Virus record (IMG/VR): IMGVR_UViG_3300037419_001546
Span: 10,870 to 74,869 of that record
Length of the DNA stretch: 64,000 nt
Strand: one strand, 5' to 3'
Source of the DNA: a virus
Taxonomy: Duplodnaviria; Caudoviricetes
Part shown: positions 10,100-18,132 of the stretch, piece by piece
Position numbering within the stretch: position 1 is the first letter of the stretch
Layout of the letters: every line of letters starts with the position of its first letter
The notes under the pieces: model-generated
The model's input: only the letters and a program-made list of their open reading frames with translations
What the model was told of the DNA's origin: nothing
Databases searched by the model: none
Program-made: the position numbers and the translations under genes

Positions 10100-11548
10100 C
10101 TACCCCGCTGAAGCAGGTGCGGCGCCGGCGGGAACGTCGCCGCCGCCGGTCGGCTGGAAATCGCGGCCATCCTGCTCGGCGCGGGCCCGCCGGGCGCGGT
10201 CGACCTTCTCTCGCGTCCAGCCGGGAATGTCTTCCCACAGGATTTCGTCCGGGATGCCGAGCATCTGCGCCAGCTTCCCGAGACCATCCACCACCTGCGC
10301 GAACGAACGGGCGGTCTGGTCGCGCCATTTCACCTCGGACGCGAAGTCCTGCGCGGACACAGCGTCACCGGAGATGTAGGCGCAGGTGCGCAGCATCTGC
10401 TCGTGCGATTCGCCGAGGCTGGTCTCGATCTCACCGGCCTTGCGGTCCTTGCCGGCCTCCAGACCCTCCAGGGTGGCTTCGGAGATATTCGAGATCCCGT
10501 CGATACCGAGGTTCTGGGCGGGCACCTGGCCGATCGCGGCGATGTCGCGCACCGCGTCACCCTTGGCGCCGGTGTAGTTCTTCAGGTCAGTCGCATCGAA
10601 CTGGCCGACCTTGACTTCCTTGTCCTTGAAGAACCAGGTGTCAGAGGCGGCGTGGCGCATTGCCTCGGCCTGATCCCTCGGGATCCAGCCCATGACGTAC
10701 CGTTGCCGGAACGCCGAGTAATACTGGGCGACAAGGCCTTCGAACACCGTCTCGTCAATGCGCTCCTGGATCACCATGAGCGGCTCGATGATGCCGAACA
10801 CTTCTTCACCGTCGAGCAGCATCCGGTCCCGGTACCGCACGATCGGGCACACGCCGACACCATGCGCGCGACCTTCGATGTACTCGAAGTTGCTTGGCCG
10901 CAGGTAGGTCGCTTCCTTCCATCCGAGAGCGGAGTGTGGCACCGACTTCACGCCAATGAAGTGCACATTCTGCTCGTCGTACAGCCGGATCATCGGGCCG
11001 TTCATCTCCATCGCGACGATCGGCCAATCGTCATCGACCGGGCCGCCGGTGCGCGGATCCCACTCCAGCGGCTCGCCGTACAGGGCAGTCATCTGCCGCG
11101 GCGACACACCGCGCAGGTAGACGCCGTTGGATGGGTCGTTCGGCCGCATCGATGGCAGCACCGTCACATACGACACCCCGTACTGCAGCGCGGTGCGGTG
11201 CACGCCGGTCTGGCGGGCGTCGAACTTGTTGCGCTGCCACCACTCCCACGGCGGCGCCGACGTCTGACCAGTGCCGGGCAGATAATCGTCCACCTTCATG
11301 GACTGACCGAAGGTGTCCAGGATCAGCGGCAGGAAGTTCGTCTGCGACTTGCGCGCCAGGCCGACCAGCGGCGACAACGGGCCCTGGAGCTGGGTGCTCG
11401 TCAATCCGCGGATCTCCAGGCACTCCAATGCCCGCTGGCTGGTCCACGGACGCATCGCGACGTCGATCTTGTCCAGCCGTTCGAGCTCGAAGGGCCTCGG
11501 CCCGGACAGCATCTGCCGGACGGCGTCGAGAGCCTGTTCCCGGTTCAC
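10100..11548 (-). CDS. Portal protein, phage A
   Basis: 482 aa after terminase; WQRNKFDARQTGVHRTALQYGVSY motif of SPP1 gp6-like portals. Confidence 0.9.
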   Translation of the reverse strand: MNREQALDAVRQMLSGPRPFELERLDKIDVAMRPWTSQRALECLEIRGLTSTQLQGPLSPLVGLARKSQTNFLPLILDTFGQSMKVDDYLPGTGQTSAPPWEWWQRNKFDARQTGVHRTALQYGVSYVTVLPSMRPNDPSNGVYLRGVSPRQMTALYGEPLEWDPRTGGPVDDDWPIVAMEMNGPMIRLYDEQNVHFIGVKSVPHSALGWKEATYLRPSNFEYIEGRAHGVGVCPIVRYRDRMLLDGEEVFGIIEPLMVIQERIDETVFEGLVAQYYSAFRQRYVMGWIPRDQAEAMRHAASDTWFFKDKEVKVGQFDATDLKNYTGAKGDAVRDIAAIGQVPAQNLGIDGISNISEATLEGLEAGKDRKAGEIETSLGESHEQMLRTCAYISGDAVSAQDFASEVKWRDQTARSFAQVVDGLGKLAQMLGIPDEILWEDIPGWTREKVDRARRARAEQDGRDFQPTGGGDVPAGAAPASAG

Positions 11549-11561
11549 CGATCACCGCCTC

Positions 11562-13346
11562 TCACACGAACATTGCTTCGTAGGTCATCTCCTGGCGCGG
11601 TACCGCCAGCCACATCTGCCGCATCAGTCGCGCACCCACCGCGGCGACCGCGCCGTCGACCTTCTTCGCCGACTCGCGGTGTTCCTTGCCGAGGCCGACA
11701 CCGAACTTGTTCGGCCGGCGCTTCGCGTTGTAGTGGTGCTGGGCGAGGATCTTGTGTCCGTCGTGCCGGAACGCCCGGTCGCTGATGTCGGTCGTGTATC
11801 GTTCGGCAGCCTCGGTGTGCAGCTTCAGGTGGCGCGGGTTGCGCATGTCCCAGATGATCGGGTGGATGAAGTCGCCCGACTTCACCGCTGGCAGTTGCCA
11901 TTCCTGCAGCTGCGCCCACTCATCGCAGTACGGCTCCCAGTATCGTTCGCCGGTCTCGTCGTCGCGCGCGTCGGACGGATCCCACCACAGCCCCAGCACA
12001 TCCCACGTCCCGCAGGACTCGCGCACACGCTGATCGACCGCGGCCCGGCTGACGAGCCAGCGCACCTTGCTGCTCATCCCCGTGGGGCGCTGCCAGATCC
12101 CGGCGTAGAAGACGTTGCCGGTATCGAGGTGGCAGCCGATCAGCGCGGTCGCGTCGTCGGACTTCGAGCCATCCCCGAACAGGAACACCCGATCGCCCGC
12201 CGGCGGCCGCCAGCCTTCGTCCTTGATCGCGTCCCACAACTGCCGAGTCGTCCACGCGTCGGCCGCGGCCAGGCGCTGGTTGTACCACTTGCGTCGGGAC
12301 TCGCTCGGCGGGTTCGACGTGTTCAGGATCGACATCATGATGCGGCCGTTCGGCCGAGTATCCAGCCAGTACGAGTCGCCCTTGATCGACTCCAGCACCG
12401 CCGGCGCATCCTCCGCAGTGAGCGGAGCGTCGGGCGGCGCTTCGAGCGAGTCGTACATCAGGCCGAACTCCAGCGCGCTCGGATCCTCGCCGGTGGTCGC
12501 GTCGTAGGCGTCACGCATCCGCTCGCCCACCGAATCCTCACCGTCGCGGCAGGCGTTGCAGATATCGACCATGCGGGCCGGGGCGTCGATCTCCGACTTC
12601 GCGGCGTTGCCCTCCAGGGCGCCGGCCATCTCGTGGCCCGAGTTCGACGACAGCCAGTTCTGCGTCTCCGCCCGGATCACCAGCGTCGGGCGGCCACCCT
12701 CAATGGTGAGCGGGTTCGATGTCACCGCCTCGATCAGGCGAGTGTCGCCGAGGCCCCAGATCATGAGCTTGCCGATCTGGATCCCGTAGTGCGAGCGCGT
12801 CTCTCGCGGCACCAGGCTCGGGAACAGGCGCATCGTGTTCTTCGTCTGCGCCTCGGCCACCGCGATGATCTGCACCCACGCGTTCGGCTCGTCCCGGCCC
12901 ACCGGCCGGTCGCCGTCCCAGTGGTCGAACGTCACCTCAGCGAAGCACGCGGCCATCGCCAGGCAGGCCGCCAGCGGGTCCTTACCCCAGCCCTTCAGCC
13001 GCTGCAGCACCGCCGAGTGGTGCAGGAAATCGCCGTTCGGGTCGATCGCGAAGAACCACAGGATGAAGCGGGTCTGCTCCGGCGTGAACTGCCACGGCTG
13101 GCCCTTCTTGTCCCGCAACCACTTCCCGCACCAGGCCAGCACCCGCCAGCCGAGCGTGTGCTCCGGCAGGCACCAACCGGTGTCCGGATCCCACTGCCAC
13201 GTCGGGCCGACCTTGACCGGCTCCCACGCCAGGTTCGCAGGCGGCGCAGTGGTGGCCAGCTGGTTCTCGTACCACCGGATGATCTCAGCGAACTCATCCT
13301 CAGCCGAGACGATCAGGGCAGGGCCAGAATTACGCGCTCTGGCCAC
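11562..13346 (-). CDS. Terminase large subunit, phage A
   Basis: QRLKGWGKDP Walker A-like motif; FGDGSKSDDATAL nuclease motif. Confidence 0.92.
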   Translation of the reverse strand: MARARNSGPALIVSAEDEFAEIIRWYENQLATTAPPANLAWEPVKVGPTWQWDPDTGWCLPEHTLGWRVLAWCGKWLRDKKGQPWQFTPEQTRFILWFFAIDPNGDFLHHSAVLQRLKGWGKDPLAACLAMAACFAEVTFDHWDGDRPVGRDEPNAWVQIIAVAEAQTKNTMRLFPSLVPRETRSHYGIQIGKLMIWGLGDTRLIEAVTSNPLTIEGGRPTLVIRAETQNWLSSNSGHEMAGALEGNAAKSEIDAPARMVDICNACRDGEDSVGERMRDAYDATTGEDPSALEFGLMYDSLEAPPDAPLTAEDAPAVLESIKGDSYWLDTRPNGRIMMSILNTSNPPSESRRKWYNQRLAAADAWTTRQLWDAIKDEGWRPPAGDRVFLFGDGSKSDDATALIGCHLDTGNVFYAGIWQRPTGMSSKVRWLVSRAAVDQRVRESCGTWDVLGLWWDPSDARDDETGERYWEPYCDEWAQLQEWQLPAVKSGDFIHPIIWDMRNPRHLKLHTEAAERYTTDISDRAFRHDGHKILAQHHYNAKRRPNKFGVGLGKEHRESAKKVDGAVAAVGARLMRQMWLAVPRQEMTYEAMFV

Positions 13347-13698
13347 GGGTCGCCCACCGCGTATTCGCTGCGGCGCGCGCCTGAGTGCTCCTGGTCTCCT
13401 GCTTCTCGCCGCTCTCGTCCGGCAGCTTCAGTTGCCGCAGCAGCTGCGCGAGCGTCGCACGGTGCTGCCGCAACTCGGTGATCAGCGGATTCACCACACG
13501 CTGACCCATGCTGCCCGGGATCATCACCTTGTCGCCCGCGAGCTCGCGCTCCATCGCGTCGATCAGGTCGACCTCGCGCGCGGCCTCCCGCAGCACACGC
13601 AACTCGTCCGGACGGAGATCCCACCTCCCGACGATGCTGCGCCACAGCGCGGCCCCGGCGGGCTTCAATCCTTTGGGCGGAGCGGGTTTCGATGCCAT
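13330..13698 (-). CDS. Terminase small subunit
   Basis: PPKGLKPAGAALW...GSMGQRVVNPLITELRQHR (P27-like); directly upstream of the large subunit. Confidence 0.8.
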   Translation of the reverse strand: MASKPAPPKGLKPAGAALWRSIVGRWDLRPDELRVLREAAREVDLIDAMERELAGDKVMIPGSMGQRVVNPLITELRQHRATLAQLLRQLKLPDESGEKQETRSTQARAAANTRWATRGQSA

Positions 13699-13779
13699 GT
13701 GACCTCCAGGGTCGTCGACCGCCACCCGGGCGGCTGGCTGAGTCGACGCGAGGCCGACCGGAAAAACAGGAGAGGGTCG

Positions 13780-13862
13780 CACGCAGGATCTGGGGTGCTT
13801 TGTACCCCGCCATGGGGGCGGGGCCGATCGGGGGTCACCCCCCAGGGGTACCGGCTGCGCGC
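13780..13862. other. Possible cos/packaging-initiation region
   Basis: GC-rich palindromic tract (GGGGTCACCCC, GGGGTACC) between HNH and small terminase, where 3'-cos actinophages place their ends; exact site not identifiable. Confidence 0.3.
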
Positions 13863-14134
13863 CGGCCTGGGTGGGGCTCTGAGGGTCGGCGTCGGGACCG
13901 GCGGGCGAGGCCTTCGGCTGCCTCGGTCCTGGTCTTCAGGTCGTGGCATCCGGGGCAGAGCGTCTGCAGGTTGTCATCGTCATCGGTGCCGCCGCGCGCC
14001 ACGTTGATGATGTGGTCGACTTCGTAGCCGGGGCTGCCGCAGCGCTGGCAGGTGTAGTTGTCGCGTTCGCGGATCCGTTGAGCTGTCGCGCGGTCGACGC
14101 CGCGGTACCGGTCAGGGTCGGTGGACCAGGCCAT
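13835..14134 (-). CDS. HNH endonuclease (terminase-associated)
   Basis: RDNYTCQRCG...EVDHII...GGTDDDDNLQTLCPGCHDLKT. Confidence 0.9.
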   Translation of the reverse strand: MAWSTDPDRYRGVDRATAQRIRERDNYTCQRCGSPGYEVDHIINVARGGTDDDDNLQTLCPGCHDLKTRTEAAEGLARRSRRRPSEPHPGRRAAGTPGG

Positions 14135-14201
14135 GCGGTCCTCCCGTGTCGCCTCGGCGATTCGGGGATGTACTGCGGCCTGGTCCTTTACCCTGTGCGG
14201 C

Positions 14202-14474
14202 GTGACGGATGAGGAACGTGAGCGGGTTGAACGTGAGCTGCAGGCGCTGCGTGAGCAGAACGCGAGTTTGGCCAGGACGTTGGCCGATGGCGAGACGGAG
14301 CGGATAGTCCGCGAGGCGCTGGCCACGAAGGCGCGGGCGATCTCGCAGGGCAGGCCCGATATCGCTGAGGGTGCGCAGCAGGTGATCGACAGGCTGGTGG
14401 ATCAGCATGTGAAGTCGACGCTGACGCATATGGAGTCGGTCGATGTGGAGCGGCAGCATTCGGGCGACGAGTAG
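14202..14474 (+). CDS. Hypothetical coiled-coil protein, probably leaderless
   Basis: GTG at 14202, 7 nt after TACCCT (a -10-like hexamer); helical charged sequence. Confidence 0.5.
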   Translation: MTDEERERVERELQALREQNASLARTLADGETERIVREALATKARAISQGRPDIAEGAQQVIDRLVDQHVKSTLTHMESVDVERQHSGDE

Positions 14475-14684
14475 TCAGTGCTTGCGGCCGAGGCCTGGCC
14501 ATTGGCCGGTGGCTTCGTGGTGGTAGCTGGCGCACAGGCCGGGTGCGTCGCTGACGTACTTGCGGAGATGGGTGACGCAGCGGTTGAAGTCGCCGTCGGT
14601 TCCCCATCGGATCTTGACGGCGCCTTCGCCGTGGACCCAGTACTTGCGTAGGGCCTCTGCGTCGTTGCCTGGTGCGTTGGCCAT
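14475..14684 (-). CDS. Small phage protein
   Basis: LRKYW...KIRWGTDGDFNRCVTHLRKY...GLCA motif that I recognise from actinophage proteins; GGAGG RBS. Confidence 0.7.
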   Translation of the reverse strand: MANAPGNDAEALRKYWVHGEGAVKIRWGTDGDFNRCVTHLRKYVSDAPGLCASYHHEATGQWPGLGRKH

Positions 14685-14701
14685 GGCTCTACCTCCGAGC
14701 G

Positions 14702-14767
14702 TTACCAGGTGCCCTGACTACGGGCGTACAGGGCGACGATCGTGAGCAGGATGACCAACGCGTCCAT
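14702..14767 (-). CDS. Putative 21-aa hydrophobic micropeptide
   Basis: MDALVILLTIVALYARSQGTW; fills the gap after the protease gene. Confidence 0.35.
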   Translation of the reverse strand: MDALVILLTIVALYARSQGTW

Positions 14768-14775
14768 GGCGTCGG

Positions 14776-15444
14776 TCAGATGATGGGCACGGTGACGTCG
14801 CCTTGGTTGGCGAGCAGCATGCCGAAGTCGCGGAACGAGATGTACGCGCGGCCGTCGCGGCCCCAGCTGTCGGACCACGAGTTGAGGATGGTGAGCCGCT
14901 GGTGCTCGATATCGCCGCCGAGGACGAGGTACTCGTGGCCGCCTTCGACCGGGCCGGTGGGTCGGATGACGCCGGCCGTGTTGGGGTCGAACATGTTCTT
15001 CGTCCACTCGGTGCCGACGATGACGGGTGAGTGCTGCAGCGCGAGCAGCAGGGCGTCGAGACCGAACGCGTGGTGGTAGGCGTCGAGGTAGCCGAGTTTG
15101 CGGCCGGCCTTGCAGACGGCGAGGCCCGACGAGCCGGTGTCGTCGGGCGGGTAGCTGCCGCTGATGCTGTCGAGTTTCGTTGCCGCCGAATAGAGTTCGA
15201 CGGCGTTGTCCTCGATCAGGTAGCCGGTGCGGTGCCCTGCTTCGCCGAGCGCGGCTTGCGCGTAGTTGGTGTTGAGCCACTGGGCGAGCGCGTTGCCGGT
15301 GCACGAGCCGAGGTCGCCTTGGTCGAGCACGGGCGCCTGGTGGCTCCAGAGCACGGTCTTCGGTTTGGCCGCGGTGACGCGGGCCGGGTATTCACGGCTG
15401 CGTTCGTCGTGCTCGACGTGGCGGCCGAGGGCGTACGTGGTCAC
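14776..15444 (-). CDS. Papain-like cysteine peptidase (C1 family)
   Basis: DQGDLGSC (catalytic Cys), GGHEY (His), LNSWSDSWG (Asn). Confidence 0.85.
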   Translation of the reverse strand: MTTYALGRHVEHDERSREYPARVTAAKPKTVLWSHQAPVLDQGDLGSCTGNALAQWLNTNYAQAALGEAGHRTGYLIEDNAVELYSAATKLDSISGSYPPDDTGSSGLAVCKAGRKLGYLDAYHHAFGLDALLLALQHSPVIVGTEWTKNMFDPNTAGVIRPTGPVEGGHEYLVLGGDIEHQRLTILNSWSDSWGRDGRAYISFRDFGMLLANQGDVTVPII

Positions 15445-15716
15445 TCGACGATCACCCAGTCCTCGGCGAGGAGATCGGTCTGCGATGCGAGCCACGGCAC
15501 GATCGACCCCTGCGCGGTGCGCATGTCGATGTGCGGCTGGTATTCGACTGTCTCGCCGACCAGCTCGGGCGCGGCCGCGCCGAGCGGGCGATCCGCAGAG
15601 ACGGTGATGTTCGAGCCGGGCACGAGGATCAGCCACATGCCGCGACCGTTCCATCCCTCGCGGGCGACGCGCTCGCCGTCGCGGAGCGCGCTCAGCGCGG
15701 CACCGAAGTCCATCAT
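15441..15716 (-). CDS. tad2: DUF2829 / Tad2-family anti-defence nucleotide sponge
   Basis: MDFGAAL..LRDGERVAREGWNGRGMWL...IDMRTAQG..VPWLASQTDLLAEDW matches the Tad2 pattern. Confidence 0.8.
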   Translation of the reverse strand: MMDFGAALSALRDGERVAREGWNGRGMWLILVPGSNITVSADRPLGAAAPELVGETVEYQPHIDMRTAQGSIVPWLASQTDLLAEDWVIVE

Positions 15717-15802
15717 CAGAACATCGCCTGGACGACGCCGCCGATGAAGCAGAAGATGGCCTGCCAGGGCAGGACGTGCGCGACAGCGCTCAGGGTTTCC
15801 AT
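15716..15802 (-). CDS. Putative 28-aa hydrophobic peptide
   Basis: AAAGGA RBS; METLSAVAHVLPWQAIFCFIGGVVQAMF; stop overlaps the tad2 start. Confidence 0.5.
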   Translation of the reverse strand: METLSAVAHVLPWQAIFCFIGGVVQAMF

Positions 15803-15972
15803 GGTCATTCCTTTCGGCGGGCGCCGGGTGAAGGGTGTTGCAGCGCAGCAGACCCACCCGCGGTTGCTCTTGGCGGGTTTGCGGAGATGGGGGATCTCGT
15901 TGGGGCGCTTGCCGGGTGACCACACGCTGCAGGATGAATGCCCGGTTTGACGCTGCAAGTCTGGATACGAGT

Positions 15973-16008
15973 CAGCCCACCTCACAGCAGATGGGGTGAG
16001 GTGGGCTG
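15973..16008 (-). terminator. 13-bp hairpin downstream of rsr
   Basis: CAGCCCACCTCAC/GTGAGGTGGGCTG perfect stem with a 10-nt loop; no U tract. Confidence 0.5.
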
Positions 16009-16123
16009 TCGTGGCTGCTGGCCGATTTTGGGGTCGGGTCGTCAGCAGCGGATTCGAGTGTCACTGTACATGACCAGGGGTTTGCTGATGATCATGTACG
16101 GGTGTGTCGCTCGTGGGCGGTGC

Positions 16124-17695
16124 TCAGAACGGCCAGTCGCCGTCGCGGCCGCGCTCCAGCAGCGGGATCATGTCGAAGCCGCGGTCGGACAGGCCGCCGA
16201 AGGTGTGCCGGTACGGGCTGCCTGCGGTGTGCCCCAATCGATATCCGGCGAGGTTCCAGGTGTACAGCGGCACGGTGCCCGGGATCACGGTGCCCGGATC
16301 GCCGTAGCTGGAGTAGCTGGCCTGCTCGTCGGTGAGGATCACGACCCGTGCGTGGCGGTCGTAGGCGGCTCGAGCGACGCCGGCGGTGTTGGTACCGCCA
16401 CCGATGAAGTACCCGCCGGACTTCCACCGTTCCACCGAGCGCAGCAGCGACTCTCCCGGCTCGATCGCGAACCGCAGCCCATCGTTCGAGTACGAGATGA
16501 CGTCGGCGGTCTGGCAGCGGCGAGCGAGCGCCAGCCCGAATACAACCGCGGCGTCCCACCGGCGCAGCGTGCCGTCCTTGGAGAATCCGGCGTTCATCGA
16601 TCCCGAAGTGTCGATGAGGATCAGCGTGCGGCCGTGCAGCTGCGGCACGTTCGCCAGCGACGCGTCGAGCGCCTGCTCGAGCGGGTATGCCCACCGCAGC
16701 GACGGCGCGGCCCGGTAGGCCGACAGGAAGCGCATCGGCAACTGGCGTGACCGGGCGACTTCGTCCGGGTCGGACAGGCGGGCCGCGACGGTGGCCGCGA
16801 CGATGTCGGACACTCCGGCCTGGTCGAAGTTGCGCAAATTCCGCAGCAGCGCCATGTAACCCATCGACGGGATGATCGCTTCCCACCGGGCCGCGGTCCA
16901 CGCGCCGAACGATGACAGCGCCTCCCACGTCATGCCCGCGTCGGCGAGCGCCTGCGGCAGGCTGCCGTCTGCGGCCATCCGGTCGATGTCTTCGCTTGTG
17001 TGCCGCTTGAATTCGGCGTTGGCGCGCAGGGTCGACAGCGTGTCCGGGATGGCGAGGTCGTCGACGCCGATGCGTCGGCCGATGATGTAGTGGTACAGGT
17101 CGGCGATGACCTGCGCACCGCCGGGGTCGGGGTGGGTCAGCTGGATGACGTCAGCGAAGCGGACACCGCGAGTGTCGCTGTCCCACTTCAGGTAGCTGCG
17201 CTCGCGGTAGAGGCGGCGGGCAGCGTCGGCGATGCCGCGCTTGACCGGCTTCGGCAGCTTCCGCCCGTAGTGGGCGTGCCAGTACGACAGCATTTCGCCG
17301 GGCTCGTCGGCGCGCTGCAGGACGGTCTTGATGATGTCGCGGCCGCCGGATTCGCCGGCGTCGAGGCGCGCCTTGGCGGCCTCGGCGGCGAGCACGATCG
17401 GCGCTGAGCGCATGTTCGCTTCGGTGCGCAGCCAGTGCGCGAATCGGGTGAGCCAGTCGAAGTCGGTGAGCGCGACCTGCCGGACGAGAGCAGCGAACCG
17501 GTTGTCCCGGTCGCCGGCCTTCTCGTAGAAGGTGTCTTCGCCGACGAAGTTGGTTACGGCGAGGAGGAAGAGTTCGGACTGTGCGTCACGCGCGTAGCCG
17601 GGTCCACCTTCGAAAGTGGTGGCGGTGGCGGTGGTTTCGGTCCGGATCGGCCCATGCGCGGCAGGGCGGGTGGTGCCGGTTTTGAACTTGGCCAT
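16124..17695 (-). CDS. rsr: Ro60-related protein Rsr (TROVE + vWA domains)
   Basis: TFEGGPGY, ELFLLAV, LQRADEPGE, PKPVKRGIADA, MGYMALLRNLRN, and vWA MIDAS residues DTSGSM / GGTNT / ILTDEQ. Confidence 0.95.
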   Translation of the reverse strand: MAKFKTGTTRPAAHGPIRTETTATATTFEGGPGYARDAQSELFLLAVTNFVGEDTFYEKAGDRDNRFAALVRQVALTDFDWLTRFAHWLRTEANMRSAPIVLAAEAAKARLDAGESGGRDIIKTVLQRADEPGEMLSYWHAHYGRKLPKPVKRGIADAARRLYRERSYLKWDSDTRGVRFADVIQLTHPDPGGAQVIADLYHYIIGRRIGVDDLAIPDTLSTLRANAEFKRHTSEDIDRMAADGSLPQALADAGMTWEALSSFGAWTAARWEAIIPSMGYMALLRNLRNFDQAGVSDIVAATVAARLSDPDEVARSRQLPMRFLSAYRAAPSLRWAYPLEQALDASLANVPQLHGRTLILIDTSGSMNAGFSKDGTLRRWDAAVVFGLALARRCQTADVISYSNDGLRFAIEPGESLLRSVERWKSGGYFIGGGTNTAGVARAAYDRHARVVILTDEQASYSSYGDPGTVIPGTVPLYTWNLAGYRLGHTAGSPYRHTFGGLSDRGFDMIPLLERGRDGDWPF

Positions 17696-17738
17696 GCTGT
17701 CCCCTTGGGTCAGGGGGTGCACGTGTTCGGAGTGTGGC

Positions 17739-17882
17739 GTGAAGGGCCTGAGAAAGAGGTCGACGGAGGCGTTTCGTCATTTGCTCTACCAGCTGAGCTA
17801 CGGACAGTTGCCCGGCGGGACTCGAACCCGCGACACAATGATTAGCAGTGAAGTAACCCCCATCTGCGCACCAGGCCCTCAC
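17739..17882 (-). ncRNA. yrlA: YrlA-like Y RNA #1 (tRNA-like, circularly permuted)
   Basis: Terminal stem AGGGCCTG/CAGGCCCT; GGTGCGCAG...GTTACTTC motif; T arm GCGGGTTCGAGTCCCGC, then a closed acceptor hairpin, then D arm TAGCTCAGCTGGTAGAGCA; directly upstream of rsr. Confidence 0.9.
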
Positions 17883-17887
17883 GCGAG

Positions 17888-18037
17888 GTGCTTACCGCCC
17901 GAGGAATAGTCGGTGGAAGTGACGAGGTGTCCTAGGCCGCTAGACGACGGAAGGCGTGCCCTCCGGCGGGATTCGAACCCGCGTTACCGCTTGTTGAGAG
18001 CGAAGTAACTCCTACCTGCGCACCGGGCGGTATTCAC
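17888..18037 (-). ncRNA. yrlA: YrlA-like Y RNA #2 (permuted tRNA-Glu mimic)
   Basis: Stem TACCGCCCG/CGGGCGGTA; same 5' motif; T arm GCGGGTTCGAATCCCGC; acceptor hairpin CGGAGGG/CCTTCCG; D arm TCGTCTAGCGGCCTAGGAC. Confidence 0.9.
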
Positions 18038-18051
18038 ACTCTGAAGTTGTG

Positions 18052-18126
18052 CTCCCGAGAAATAAGCGCCTGAGGTACGGATCTCATCCCAAATGTGAAG
18101 TAGCCCCAGACTTCCGCACCGGAAGT
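18052..18126 (-). ncRNA. Short Y-RNA-like element #3 without a tRNA domain
   Basis: Nested pairings CTTCCG/CGGGAG, AAGT/GCTT, CTGGGG/CCTCAG; shares GGTGCG...GCTACTTC and the 3' TTTCT bulge with #1 and #2. Confidence 0.65.
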
Positions 18127-18132
18127 GGCTTC

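Noticed and set aside
17739-18037. Two apparent tRNA genes or pseudogenes
   Set aside because: The T arm precedes the D arm and the acceptor is a closed hairpin with no CCA end. This is YrlA topology, not a functional tRNA
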